Shown piece by piece: positions 37,674 to 50,374 of a stretch of DNA of 64,000 nucleotides. This stretch comes from Vicugna vicugna (lineage: Eukaryota): assembly GCA_013265495.1 (NCBI GenBank), contig MU061238.1, forward strand, positions 1 to 64,000. The letters are read 5' to 3'. Below the pieces are notes generated by a model. The model was not told where the DNA came from. It searched no databases and worked only from the letters and a program-made list of their open reading frames with translations. The position numbers and the translations under genes were made by a program. The number at the start of each line of letters is the position of its first letter. Within the stretch, counting starts at the first letter, position 1.

Positions 37674-38336
37674 TGTTACTGAAGCAAACTTGGGTCCATT
37701 CACCCATGCGCAGTAAAGCCAACCTACTGACCCCGGGTTGCGGTGAAGGAAAGTGCAGCGTTTATTGTAAGGCATCAGACAAGGAGTCCGGGGCAGCCAA
37801 TGCTCAAAAAAAACGCAAACTCCCTGAGAAGTTTCAGGGAAGCATTTTTTAAGGCCAGGTGAGAGAGGGAAGTCACAGAGTGTGTGGTCAGCTTGTGCAC
37901 AGTTCTCTGACTGGTTGACAGTGAGGTGACAGGGTGGTGTCACAGGGGTTAACATTATCAATCCTCAGGCTCCAGTCGGTCTGGGGACTACATGCTCATG
38001 GTCAAGTAGTTAACATCTTCCATTTGGTGGGGGTTTTAGCATCCGTAAAACAACTAAGAAATGCACATCAGATACTGTTATCTAAGTACTTCAGAAAGGA
38101 ACTAAAGATTCTGTGCTTTGTTCCGATGTACTCCTTAAATTGTTACCAACTCCTGGGCTGACTGCTTCTTTTGTCACTACATGTTCACATCCTTTCAGTC
38201 ATTAATTCTTGAGCCAGGCTTTTGTGGCTCAGGGGAGGCCTGGGAGACTAGAGTTTTTCTATGAACAAGAGGCAGGCAGAGGACATAGGCGGAGGGTCTG
38301 TCGCAGGAAGGCCCCATAGGGTCCTGCTCAGTTACA
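37674..38336 (-). mobile_element. ERV1-class solo LTR (663 bp), antisense to TMCO4
   Basis: TGTTAC...GTTACA termini; 4-bp flanks GGAT/GGGT; minus-strand AATAAA at 37761-37766. Confidence 0.75.
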
Positions 38337-38434
38337 GGGTGTTAGCCTGGGACGGATGGAGCTAGTGAGATTCTAATTTGGTGGTTTGAAATCTTCTGGG
38401 CTACCTCAGTGTATATGAACTAGACCAAAGAGGA

Positions 38435-38650
38435 GCAGTGGGGCATCATAGTTAAGATGGCTGCCTCTGGGCTCAGACCCAGGTGCAAGTTTAAATCCCA
38501 CATCACTTATCCAGTGACCCTGACCTCCATTTCTCAGGGCTACTCTGTCTGTATCTGTAAAACAGAGATAATAACACCTACCTTATAGGATTATTGGGAG
38601 AAAATGAGACGGTGCGTGGAAAAGGAGTGGCACATGGCTAACATTTACCA
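38435..38650 (+). mobile_element. MIR
   Basis: tagttaaga...ctctgggctcagac...ctgtaaaacagagataataacacctacc. Confidence 0.6.
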
Positions 38651-38674
38651 AGCATTTGCCGTTCTGATTTTCTT

Positions 38675-39245
38675 AATTAAAAATTTTTAAATTGTGATAA
38701 AATACACATAACGTAAAATTTACCATCTTAACCATTTTTAAGTGTACAGTTCAGTAGCTTTAGGTGTAATCACCGTTGTGCAACCTCCAGAGCATTTCAA
38801 CTTGCGAATTTGAAATTCTGTACCCACTAAACAACAACTCCCCATTCCCCCAACCACCAGCCTCTGGCAACCGCCATCCTACTTTCTGCCTCTATGATGT
38901 TGATTGCTCTAAGTGTCTCATATAAGTGGAATCATACAGAGTTTGTCTTTCTGTGACTGGTTGATTTCATTTAGAGTGTGTTCTCAAGGTTCATTCATCT
39001 TGTAATGTGTCAGAATTGCCTTCCTTTTTGAGAGTGACTAATATTCCATTGTGTGTATATAACACATTTTGTTTATCCATTCATCCATCAGTAGACAGTT
39101 GGGTTGCCTCCACCTTTTAACTATGGTGAATACTGCTGCTATGAACATGAGTGTACAAATATCTTTTTGAGGCCCTGCTTTCAGTTCCTTGGAGTATGTA
39201 GCCAGAATTGCCATTGCTGGCTCATTTACTGTTAAAATTTGGAGG
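38675..39245 (-). mobile_element. L1MB-like 3' end
   Basis: aaaatttaccatcttaaccatttttaagtgtacagttcagt, ccattcatccatcagtagacagttgggttg. Confidence 0.8.
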
Positions 39246-39628
39246 TGGGCCATTGGTGGCTCCCCAGTGTATCTTCTCTTGCCCGCCAGAGTAAGAGAAG
39301 TCCCTGGGGCCCCAGAGAGCAGTTTGAAAACCAGTGGATTAAATGAACCATTACAGACTTTGCCATTTCTCCCCTTTCCTTCCCAGGCAGATTTGCCTCT
39401 TGAATTATTTTTTAGTTATCCCTAGTGGAAACCACCAGCCATTCAGCAAATGTTTCTAAGTGCCTACTGTGCTCACTTGTGGGCAGAGAAAGAGAGCCAG
39501 TAAGCAATAAACTTAAACAGGTAAAGGACACAGTATGTCAGACAGTGATGTGTGCTCTGGACCAAGCTGGGAAGTCCGGATGAGTACTTGCCCTCCATGC
39601 CAACATCCCTTTTTTCCTTCTGGTCTAG

Positions 39629-39736
39629 ACTGGGATGTCCAAACTCTGTGGGTTCTTCTGTGTTGGAACTGTTGCCATGGAGACCTCCTGAGATGCTGCA
39701 TTTACCGCCGGCCTCCAATTTAACTTCAAGATAGAG
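39629..39736 (+). other. Candidate 108-nt TMCO4 5'UTR exon
   Basis: Acceptor ccctttttttccttctggtctAG| and donor GAG|GTATGG in non-repeat sequence, 6.7 kb upstream of the ATG exon. Confidence 0.55.
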
Positions 39737-39841
39737 GTATGGAATGAATGGATTTGTCTCCTAAAATGCTGAGAATGGGGAGAGGGGAGTAAACCGGGCC
39801 TGCCTAGAATCTCCCCATCTAGGACCGTATTAAGATTGTCT

Positions 39842-39906
39842 TGTGTGTGTGTGTGTGTGTCTGTGTGTCTGTGTGTCTGTGTGTGTCTGTGTGTCTATGT
39901 GTGTGT
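39842..39906 (+). repeat. Compound (TG)n/(TGTC) microsatellite
   Basis: Directly visible. Confidence 0.95.
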
Positions 39907-40190
39907 TTAACTTTAGACTAGTCTTTAGAGTTTCTGGCTCTAAGAACAGTACCGTCGGCTCTATTTGTTGCAAAGGAGGTCTTCAGCCAGAAGCTTTTCC
40001 TTGTTCTTGGCTCTAGGATAATTAGTCCTCAGCCTTCCTTTGACACTGTAGCTCTCTCTCTAGTAATGCTTATTTTTCTGTACTGCAGACTCATTTAAAA
40101 ATGCACCTACGGCTAGGAAACTCAGAAAAAGAGGAAGAGAGAGAAAAAGAACATCACTTCCCCCGCCCCACTCCCCCGCTATCCCCCTGC

Positions 40191-40193
<3 letters not shown>

Positions 40194-40227
<34 letters not shown>
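40194..40227 (+). repeat. (CA)17 microsatellite
   Basis: Directly visible. Confidence 0.97.
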
Positions 40228-40228
<1 letters not shown>

Positions 40229-41570
40229 CAAATTTGACACTGACTACTCCAAGTTTAAAAAAAAAAAGAAGGCCACAGCTGGCTGGCATGTAAGAAAAAC
40301 AAAAGGGAGTTCATTCCTGTATGTGATCTTCACAAGACCCAGGTGGTCATGTGGTCATGGAGTTTTAAGGATGATTTAAAGGATTTTCAAGGATGATATT
40401 GACTGCATTTGATTTTCTGCTCGGTGCTGACTTTGGAATTTTTCATCTCCTCAAGAAGAAACCCCATGGCGTCATTTAGGGCATTAATCAGCAGACGTGG
40501 CCTGAGCACCTGCTGTGGGTGCTTGCAGAACAGATGTTTGGGAATGAGCGTCTCCCACCACTGCTGACAGAAATAACCCCGCTGGTGTTTTCACTGGCGA
40601 TGAATAAAGTGACTGATGAGACAGAAATCATCATTGTAGTGCATCAGGACGAGGTCCCCATCCAGAACAACCCCGTCATCCCACATCCGGGCCTTGCAGC
40701 CCAGCCATGAACCAGTGTTCTCCCTGGGGTTCGCACCATGTACATGCTCCCCTGAGAGTCAGGGCTTTCCTGGGTCAAGTGTGGACCTTTCTCAGAGTTC
40801 CTTAGTGTCTTCCTGGCACCAGGAGACCCCAGGGAGCTGGGAGCTACTCCGTCCATCAGTAACCTCCTGAGCCCAGGGCACTGCTGGATTGGTCCTGTGC
40901 ACATTAGGTGGTCCCAGGGGCAGAGGTACCACCAGCCCTGACCATCTGGGTCTTTTTCTCTCTGCAGGAATCTAGCTCGCTCTCTCTCAGAGTCACTTGA
41001 GAACCTCAGTTCAGCTTCGGACTGGATCCTGATCCAAGGACCAGAATTCACAGTTCAGGCCACACATCCCCCCACCCCACAGCTCCCACCACACTCCCTC
41101 AGCTGGAATAGTTTGGGGCCATCCCATCCGACTGGACTGTCCATAGTGTTGTAACCACGGGCTCCTCCATCCCACCATCGTGGGTAGCTGAGAACAGCCT
41201 CCTTCTGTCGGGCTACCCCTTGTCCGTCTGGATGATTCCAAGACCTGTTGGTCCGAGGAATGGGACTTAACAGTGACCGCAGCCCCACTGGCTTGGCTGG
41301 GCCACGTGGGGCCAGGGCTTTCTAAGATAAAGCGCTCCTCTTCTAGGGATCGAGAACAGAACTGTTTTTAATTTTTTAAAAATTACTATAAAAGCTCTCA
41401 TAAGCTCAGGACAGAAAATGATAAAAATTCAGAAAAATAGAAAGACTAAAAACCAATTACTTCTAGCCCCACAGCCCTACCACTGAGATACAATGATCAT
41501 TAATGTTTTGTTGTATTCCCTTGTGATCTTTTTGATCTGTGAAACATTTTTTAAAAACACAACCGGAATT

Positions 41571-41693
41571 GGGGGGAGGGTTTAGCTCAGTGGTAGAGCG
41601 CGTACCTAGCATGCATGAGGTCCTGGGTTCAATCCCCAGTACCTCCATTAAATAAATAAATAAACCTAATTACCCCCCCCAAAAACAACCAAA
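41571..41693 (+). mobile_element. tRNA-Ala-derived SINE
   Basis: Same head, linker and tail as the other copies. Confidence 0.92.
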
Positions 41694-43745
41694 ACCACAG
41701 AGTCATATTGTATATCCAGTGGTACACTGTTAACCACCTCCCTGGAAAATAGAACCCCTTCATTTGTAGCACTTGCCAATTGCTGTGGTGTCCATACCCC
41801 CAGCTGTGGCCCGTTTCAGGCTTCCAGCATCACTGAACACAGAGCAGGGAAGAGATGCCAGTATGAGCCAGCAGCAGCACACCATGTTATGATTCCAAAT
41901 CTTATCTTTTTTTCTGATCTTATCATCAATATGTAGTCGTTATTGAAAGTTCATAAAACACAAACATACAAGGAAAAAATTAGAATCATCCAGACTCCAA
42001 CAACCACCCCCACTTGCTCAACCCACCCCCACTTAGAGACAGCCACTGTCACCATCCTGATGTAAGTCCCCTTTGTATGAAGAGAGACATAAACAAAATA
42101 ACCGTCTTCAGAGTTTGAAAGCAAATACGTATCGGTGGCAGAATGTTGGGAAATCCAGAAGAGTCTCTGGCATCTCATCTTTCAGAGATCGCAGTAGAGG
42201 CTCTTCTTCCAGCCACATTTCTTCTCTGTATCTTTTTAACAAGGTTGCACTTGTGGCTTGAATTTCCTAGTTTGCAGTCTTAGTACAGTCTCATGCCTCA
42301 TAAAAAGGTAACATCCAGGAGAACGGTGTTACCACTGATCATTTATTTAAAACCCTACCGGAGCTTGAAGAACAGAAAATATTTTAGTTCCTTGAACATG
42401 GAAAATGGCCATTAGGATGAAGCTTAGATTATTTGAAGTTTGGTCGTGGTAGGGTGGGGAGTGGTCCCTGGATCTGGGGCTCTGGGACCTCCCTGGTTAA
42501 TTCCAGGTACCTGGCCCTTGTCCCAGCTCCCTTCCTCATCTGATGCTCGATGAGTATGTAAGAATAGCAGTGCTTTTCGAGAGAGAATAACCAGGAAAAA
42601 CTAGTTTTTGCGTAACCCTGAAACCTAGTTCATTCATTTGTTCGTGGCACAGGCATCTCCGAGCACTCACGCTGCGGCAAGTCAGGGGATGGACCCCAGA
42701 ATATAGATCCGGTGCCCGCCCTCTCCTGCCAGGCCAGCCAAGGAGCTGGTGCAGCAACCACAGCGCAGGGTGCGAAGACTTAGAACAATGCACGCAAAGC
42801 GCGAGGGCTGCTCTCAGTGAACGGTGGCTGCCCGGGAACCTGTGGGGGCAAAGGCTGAGAAGCAGGAGCAAGTGAAAGCTGGAGCAAGGCAGCCCTAGCC
42901 TTGGGCTAACCCATCCCTCTCTCCCACAGGCCGCCTCTGGATCCCACACCCTATGGGCCCACGGGCTGGTTTTTCTGGTTTGCTCCTCCAGGGCCAGGTG
43001 CATATTTCTCCAAAGAACCTTCCAGAAGCTGTAGAGCCTGTTTGCAGAAGGTAGTAGGGAGGCCTGCAGTTGTTTCCTGAAATCTGGGTAAGCGTGATGT
43101 AAGGTTTCTGTCTCTTCAGAACCCTCATCATATGTAAAATGATCTTAATTTAAATGTTGTGAGTTGACTTATAGTCCGTCTGCCCCCCTGGAATACATCT
43201 CCACAGTGGGAGGCCCTTGTCTATCTGTCTTAGTCACCACTCTGTCCCCAGCATGTAGGACGTTGCACCTACGGGTGCCAGTGCCTGTTTATTAAATTAA
43301 CAAACTGACTGGTCTGGAGTGGAGGTGCAGATTTATTTTGATTTTACTTAGAACTTAAGAAAAGATTTTCAAAATCTATAGAGACATCCTACTGCTTTTT
43401 TCTTTTTAATTTTTTAATTGAAAACAATTAGAGATTCACTGGCAGTTGCAGAAACAGTACCCAGGGGTCTGGTGTACCCTCACTCAGCTCCCCACCTCTG
43501 GAGCTGGAAGAACTTGGTGTAGCCCCTGGCAGCTTCCTTCCAAACTCCTTTCTTCCCTCCCACCCCTGTGCAGTCCCCAGCTACACTGAGCATCTTTTTG
43601 GTTCTTCAAAAGCATCGTCTCTCTTCTCCCCCTAGGACTAGACACATACTGTCCCCTCTGCCGAGAATATTCTCTTCCTACTCGCCCTACCCCTGTCTGA
43701 CGCTACCTCCTCCCAGAAGCCAATTCTGGGTTCCAGTTCCCCTCT

Positions 43746-43917
43746 TTTTTTTTTTTCTTTAATTGAAGTACAGTCAGTTACAATGTGTCAATTTCTGGTG
43801 TACAGCACAGTGTCCCAGTCATGCATATACATACATGTATTCATTTTCATATTCTTTTTCATTAAAGGTTATTGCAAGATATTGAATATAGCTCCCTGTG
43901 CTCTGCAGAAGAAAGGG
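43746..43917 (-). mobile_element. Lineage L1 3' end
   Basis: PolyT then ttaattgaagtacagtcagtt...; possible 8-bp TSD TCCCCTCT at 43738-43745 / 43918-43925. Confidence 0.8.
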
Positions 43918-44439
43918 TCCCCTCTGTGTATCCCTTGTCACAGCATTTATCCTGCTAGTTTGTCGTCGTCTGTTTACTTCTCTATCTCTACCACTGTCCT
44001 GGTTCTTCTACTGGAAAACCCTCTCGCATCCATCCATCCACCAGGCTGTCCTTCTTACTTCCTGTCAGCCTCTGCTGGAACAGCACCTTTCATCTGCATA
44101 CTGTTGTCACTCCCCTCCGACCTGACCACTCCATAGCCCCTTCATCCTGATTGTTCTTTCCCAAGGATCACTTCCCCACCCAATGTTCACTTATTTATTT
44201 AGTGGCCTGTTAAGGGCTTGGATCCTATCTCCAGCTCATCTGAGTGAGAATCTCTGTTCCACTTAATAGCTATATGATCTTGGGCAAGTTACTTAAATCA
44301 TTGACATCATTATACATTGGAATAATATTGCCTGCTCTCCAACCAGAATGTTAGGCCCTAGAGAGCAGGGGATTTGTCAGTCTTGTCCCCTGATCTTCCC
44401 CAAGGCCCAGAACAAGGCACCATATGTCATGTACCCCCT

Positions 44440-45160
44440 CTTCATTCACCCAGTGAGTAGTTATTGAAAGCCTGCAATACTCCAGGGCCTGTTCAGAAAG
44501 CTAGGGATACAGCAGTGAGAATAAAAACCAGGGGCCTGCCTTGACAAGTTGACATTCTCTTTGTTCACCTGAGTAAACAAGTAATTTAAAAACATATTAT
44601 TTCAGGGGGAGAGGGTGTAGCTCAGTGGAAGAGCCCATGCTTAGCATGCATGAGGTCTGGGGTTCAATCCTCTGTACCTCCTCTAAAAATAAATAAGCCT
44701 AGTTACCTGCCACCCTGCAAAAAAAAACAAAAACAAAAAAGCATATTATTTCAGGCAGGAGTAAGTATTGTAGAAACAGAACAAGGTGCTGGGACAGAGA
44801 GGCGGAAGTAGCGTGGCCTAGGGGATCAAGGAAGGCCTCTCAGAGGAGGTGACACTCAGACTGAATGTGAAAATCAAGGGAAGTGTCCCAAGCAGGGAGA
44901 ATGGCAGGTGCAAAGGCCCAGAGGGAGGACCAGCGTGTGTATTGGAAGAGCAGAAAGACAACCAGTGTGGCTACATAGTGAACAAGTCAGGTGATTGAAG
45001 GCAGGCAGGGGCCAGATCATGCAGGACTCCAGGCTATCAGGAAAGGACTGGCATTCCTCCTGGGGCGATGGGAGGCCTTTAAGCAGACAAGTGACATGAT
45101 TGGTATATATGACAAAAAGGCCACTTGGGCTGCTGGGTAGAGAATGGATTATAGGGCAGC
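44440..45160 (-). mobile_element. L2 fragment hosting a SINE
   Basis: ggaaggcctctcagaggaggtgac, gcaaaggcccagagg. Confidence 0.65.
44607..44740 (+). mobile_element. tRNA-Ala-derived SINE inserted in L2
   Basis: Exact 14-bp TSD CATATTATTTCAGG at 44593-44606 / 44742-44755, preceded by a TT/AAAA site. Confidence 0.93.
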
Positions 45161-46089
45161 AAAAGTGTACTTTGTTGAATGAATGAATGAATTTGGCCTG
45201 AGCTGGGCATTCAGTGTGCTCAGCCCAGCCTGCTCTCCCCTGCGGTCAAAGGCAGGCCAGCTCATGCTTCTCTGATTAGAAGGCTGTTTATTCTTGAACC
45301 GAGAACTCACGTGGGGCTCTCCAGATACGAGCTGAATAAAACACCATCTTGGGCTCTTATGGCTAATAGGTACAACTACTGTGGCCGTCAAATGGCACAT
45401 GGAGTTGATTGAAAGTGGTGGTAATTGCTAAGCCTGCTGACATCCAGGCCAGGTGCTGCCCCCGGTGATGTCCTTAGCTTGTGGCTTTTTTCTGTCCCCT
45501 TTGTCCATGGTCTGGGCTGATTGTTCAAGCCAGGAAATCTGCTGCAAACAGATTTCAAACTCGGATTCCTGGAGCAACCATCAGAGGCCAGTCTTGCTGG
45601 GTGACATTGGGCAAGGTCTTAACCTCTCTGGGCCTCAATTTCTCCATCTGAAACAGAGGAAGGAGAATCCCTGTGCTGGCGTAGAGGAAGGAGCATGGGG
45701 TTTGGAATCAAAGTCTGGTTTGACTTTCAATCACATACTTTGTAACTCTCAGAAAATGGCTTGGTCTCTCTGAGGATTATAGCTATAAGAGCAAATCATA
45801 ATCATCTCCTACTTAACCTTACATGGTAGTTATAAGAATTAAATGGGTTTAAAGTGCTTTGTAAACTGTTATGTGCTGTACAGATGTTGGTTTGTTGCTT
45901 CTTAACTACCCCAGGGTTATTTTTTAAAGCTGATGCAATATTAGTTATGGACAAGCTTTTAAATTACTCCTCCATAGAAATAACAGTTTGAGAACAAAAA
46001 TGTTTACTGCTTAGCTGGATGAGAACGAATTTATGGACCAAAATCAATGTGGAGTCCGGATAGTAGGCTAGAAATCTCTTGGGTGAGTA

Positions 46090-46445
46090 GCCGTGTCTCA
46101 CTGGAATGTTAATTTCTGTTGCTCTGGTGACTAATGCTGTTGAACTCCTCTGCGTGTGCTTATTGGCCATTGAGTATCTTTTGTGAAGTACCTATTCAAG
46201 TCTCTTGCCCATTTTTAAATGTGCCTTGTTTCTTTTTCTCAGTGACTTGTAGGAGTTGTTTTTATACTGTGGATACAAATCTTTTGTTGATATACACACT
46301 GCAGATATCTCCCCTCATCCCCACCCTGCCGATCTCTTAAAGATGATGAATAGAAGTTCTTAATGTTAGAGAGGGCTCATTTATCCGGCTTTTCTTTCAT
46401 GACTGGTAGTTTCTGTGTCCCATCTAAGTAAGCTTTGCCCACCTG
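46090..46445 (-). mobile_element. Ancient L1M ORF2-end fragment, close to the first coding-exon acceptor
   Basis: tgcttattggccatt...tgtgaagtacctattcaagtctcttgcccattttt. Confidence 0.6.
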
Positions 46446-46488
46446 CTGGAAGCATTTTTCACTGGGATTTTTCCCTACAGAGTTGGAA

Positions 46489-46658
46489 ATGGCCACACAG
46501 GACAGGTCAAGCCAGAAGCTGCCTCAGGCAGCCAAGCCGGCTGCGGAGGGGGAGCCGCACCTGCCCACAGGCCGGGAGCTGACCGAGGCCCACCGCTTCG
46601 CCTACGCCGCCCTGTGTGGCGTCTCCCTGGCCCAGCTGTTCCCAGAACCTGAGCAGAG
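46489..46658 (+). CDS. TMCO4: TMCO4 first coding exon (exon starts 46481); MATQDRSSQKLPQ...LFPEPEQ
   Basis: Acceptor ttccctacAG|, ATG at 46489, donor AG|GTGAGT. Peptide GEPHLPTGRELTEAHRFAYAALCGVSLAQLFPEPE matches the TMCO4 N-terminus as recalled. 170 coding nt, phase 2. Confidence 0.93.
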
Positions 46659-47989
46659 GTGAGTGCTTTTATCCCACAGAGGGACGGCCATACTTCTTCA
46701 GGGAGACGATTATTGGCAACCAAGCAGCCTGCCAGGTATTACTGGACACTACAAAGAGGAGAAAGTCATTGTCCTTTCCTTTAAGGAGCTCGCAACCCAG
46801 TAGGGGGATAGGACAGCCCTCATTCACTATACACTCATTTATACCTTCACCAAGCATTTAAGGGGCACCAACTGTTTCACGAGGCATCATTCAAAGTTCC
46901 TGGAAAGTATACATGAGTGAGACAAGCAAGACAGACACTCTCCCTGCTCTCAAGTAGGACACACCCTAATTGGGGGATAAGATGTCTATGCATTCATGCA
47001 CCATGCATTCAGTGAGCACCTACTATGTGCTGAGTGGAGTGCAAGGCCCTGTGGAGAAAACAAAGAAAAGCAAGGCCTGGCTCCCATCCTCCTGGTACTT
47101 ACAGTCTAGGGGGACCACCCACATGACTGATTTTAACAGCAGACTGAATGTCACGATGGTGTCAGGTTCAATGACAGTATTAACACCTGCCACTGCCAAG
47201 CCCCAGCTCTATGTTTAAATCATGTATTTGGATTCAGATTGTAGAGTTGCTAAGAGCTTGGGCTTGGCCTTCAAGGACTTCAGGAGTTCTTTGGGGAGAG
47301 AATTTGGAGGCCAGAGGAGGCCAGTTAGGAGGCTGGTGGGGTTGTTTGGATAAACCAGGACAGTGACTGAGAGCTGGAGGGACACAGGTGAGACAGACTT
47401 TTCTCAGGGAGAATGCAGTTGACATGGGACAGGTTGGGTGCTGTGGGCGGGGCAAAAGGAGGAGCTAACTTTGGCCTCAAAGGTCCAGGTGGGGAGAGGG
47501 GCCTTAGAGGATGGAGATATTGCTACTGAGATGAGGAGCAACTGGTTGGGGGCCCGGAGACATCAAGGTTTTGCATATGCTCCATTTTCGAGAACCCCTC
47601 CACCCGCCATGGTCCCCTGTGAGTAAACTTCCGTGGATCTTTGCTGTATTTTGTTTGTTTTGTTTGTTTTTTATCTTTGTCTGTCCCACTGGACTGAACA
47701 TTTGAGTGTATTCATTTCCTTGGAGGTCACCTCCAGAAAGCTTTTCCAGACCCTCCTCACCTCCTAGGCAGGGGGCGTCTCCACCTGTCTGTTCTGTGAC
47801 CTGTCACTGTGACCACCATGCTGCCCTGTAATTCTTCCCACACCTGTCACCCCTCCAGTCTGAGCTCCTGGAGGGCAGGAGCTGCCTTGTTCATCTCTGA
47901 GTTCCCAGTGCCTTGCACACAGCTTGGTGTAGCAAAGACACTCAGTAAAATTTTGGAAAAGAAGGGGTGGATAAATGCCGGCTTTATTA

Positions 47990-48225
47990 GCACAAGAGAC
48001 ATTCCACAGGCTTTGGACTTAGATCTGGATTCAAATCCTGCCTTTGCCACTTTCCAGTTACATGTGACTGTGGACTGGTTGTTTAACTTCCCTAAACATC
48101 TTAATCATCTGTAGAATGGGACTAATAATACCCACCCTGCAGGGCGATTATAAGAATTAAGTGAGATAATGTAGGCAAACCTCATAGCATAGTGTTTGGC
48201 ACATAGTAGGCTCAGTAAACAGTGA
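47990..48225 (+). mobile_element. MIR
   Basis: ggattcaaatcctg...tctgtagaatgggactaataat...ggcacatagtagg. Confidence 0.65.
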
Positions 48226-48324
48226 TGGTTGCTTGCTAACTCTGTGACTCATTTTATTTGTCTCAGTTTCTTCATCTATAAAATGGAGACAATCCTGGAA
48301 CTTACCCTCAGGGCACTTTAGGCT

Positions 48325-48780
48325 TCAAGTAACAGGACACTGTACTAAAAGAGATTTAAACAAGAAGAGATTTGTTTTTCTCACTTAATAAGAAATTGAA
48401 AGAAAAGAGTTCCAGGATTGATACAGTGCCTCAGAAAGCCTTTGGGCTGGCTTTTCTGCAGTTCTCTTGGCCTTCCCCTCCTGATCACACAATGGCTGCT
48501 GCAGCTCCTTACATCACACCTTCACAGAACAAGGCTCAAGGCAGGAAAGAGAAGAACAGGGATTCTCATTAAGTCTCTCATTGGGGAGGAACTCTTTCCC
48601 AGGATACCTCGAGAAGGCTTTCCCTTTTATGTCATCTGCAAGGGAGGAAGGGGAAAAAATAAAAGCACTTGCCTTTTTCTGTCTTCATCATGGGAGGGGG
48701 CTTCTGCTGGGCAGGAAAGAGGAGCTGAGGAATCACTGCTGTGGAGAAACGGCCATCCATCAGAGAGGGTGGTCCTGAGG
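48325..48780 (-). mobile_element. Degenerate MLT1K-like LTR
   Basis: ggcttcaagtaacag...atggctgctgcagctcc. Confidence 0.45.
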
Positions 48781-49512
48781 AAGGAATGTGTTGATGGCTC
48801 CTGCAGAGCCTGGCACAAAACTACTGCCAAACGGACTTTGGCTGTTCACATTATTGGTAATGAAACCACATACTCTATCTGGAGCTTAGAATATATCTCG
48901 TTGGCTATTTTGCTCCCAAGCAAGGTAGAACCCCATCTTCTGCAAGGGTCCAAGTCTCTCCCTGCTCTGCCCCATGCCCATACCTGGGAGACCTCTGTCT
49001 TTCCAGAAGCTTCCCAGATCCGATAAATCCCTACCTAATAAGCCAGTAAATAGGGAGGGAAGAGCTTTGTGTACTTTGTTCACATAAACAAATATGTATG
49101 AACCTGGACCGTGTGCCAGGCCTGTACTGGGCACCACCAAGAGGACACATAGAAATATTATTGTCTTGTGTCCCTCCAAAACCCAAGTATTGTCTTAAGC
49201 ATACATGGCTGTTACTTAGCTGGGCACTTTCTTCCTAAAAGTTGCAATCAGTATGCCACCTCTTTCCACGTGGTTAATCTCAGACCTCTTGGGCCCAAAA
49301 CACTTTTTAAAACTAACCTCAATCTTTTTACATCCCAGATGTGCCGCTGGTTTCGGCAATCTTTAGAAACACTCTGTGGCAGTTTGTGTCCACATGGGGC
49401 ATAAAAGCAAGCCTTTAAAATAGTTATTTCTTATCCATGCTGTAAACACCACAGATGCTATCACTTATAATTAACCCTATTTATTAAACATGAAGATATT
49501 AATGGTGTAGAG

Positions 49513-49675
49513 CAGGGGTCTGCAGACTTTTTCTGCAAAGACCCAGACGTTTTAGGCTTGTGGACCCTGTGGTCTCTGTCATGGTCACCAAACTTTGCTA
49601 TTATTGCCGAAAAGCAGCCGGAAGACAGTATGTAAAGGAATGGGTGTGCTGCGTTCCAATGAAACTGAATTTCAA
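49513..49675. mobile_element. MER58A-like hAT fragment
   Basis: caggggtctgcagactttttctgcaaag...aaagcagcc...gttccaatgaaact. Confidence 0.7.
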
Positions 49676-50374
49676 AAAAGAAAGAAAGAAAGAAAAAGAA
49701 AAAGAAAAAGACTGCACCCCCTGGTGTAGTTTGCTGGCCCGTGTGAGTTGGAGGAGCTTTGGACTAGAAGTTAGAACCTCTGGATTCCAGGTGAGGCTTT
49801 GCCCCTTCCCACCGAGGAGACCCTTGATAAGGTATTTAACCACCACAGCCAAGGGGCTCCATCTCAAGGCAGGGTGGGGGTGACACCCCTGTTATGCATC
49901 TGCTTAGCTGGTGTCCAGCACTTGGCGGGTGCCCAGGAATGCCTTCGCCGGAGAGGGGCAGTCTCTGCAGTGGTAAAGCACTGCCTCCTGAGTCAAGAGC
50001 GATGTGGCCGTGAACCTGGAGCTGTCACTTAACCTCTCTGGGTCTAAGTGTCCTTATCTCTAGAATGGTGGTAAAAATAGGACCTCCCTTCCCTTGTCGG
50101 GCCCTGGCGGGGAGTAAGCGAGTCTGTGTGTGTAAAGCAGTAAGCACAGGGGCCGACAGGTTGTTGCACTGTGTTCACCATTTACTGTCACTATTGCTAC
50201 TGATTTTTGTATATTTCAACCAGATCACTAATCACATTAGAAGCAATTCCCAAGGCCCTGCCAGTCTAAAATGTGATTCCTTCTTTGATAGATGGCTATA
50301 CTGGCACTTCACATACGTATTTATCAATTCATTTGTTCATTTAAATGAACACCTGCATAGGGCTTTTATATGTG

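Noticed and set aside
46435-46662. ORF-track extensions of TMCO4 exons (also 52372-52806)
   Set aside because: Homology stops at the splice sites; the extensions are intronic read-through.
48418-49026. 202-aa ORF
   Set aside because: TTG start with no in-frame ATG, overlaps a degenerate MLT1 LTR, no recognisable motif.
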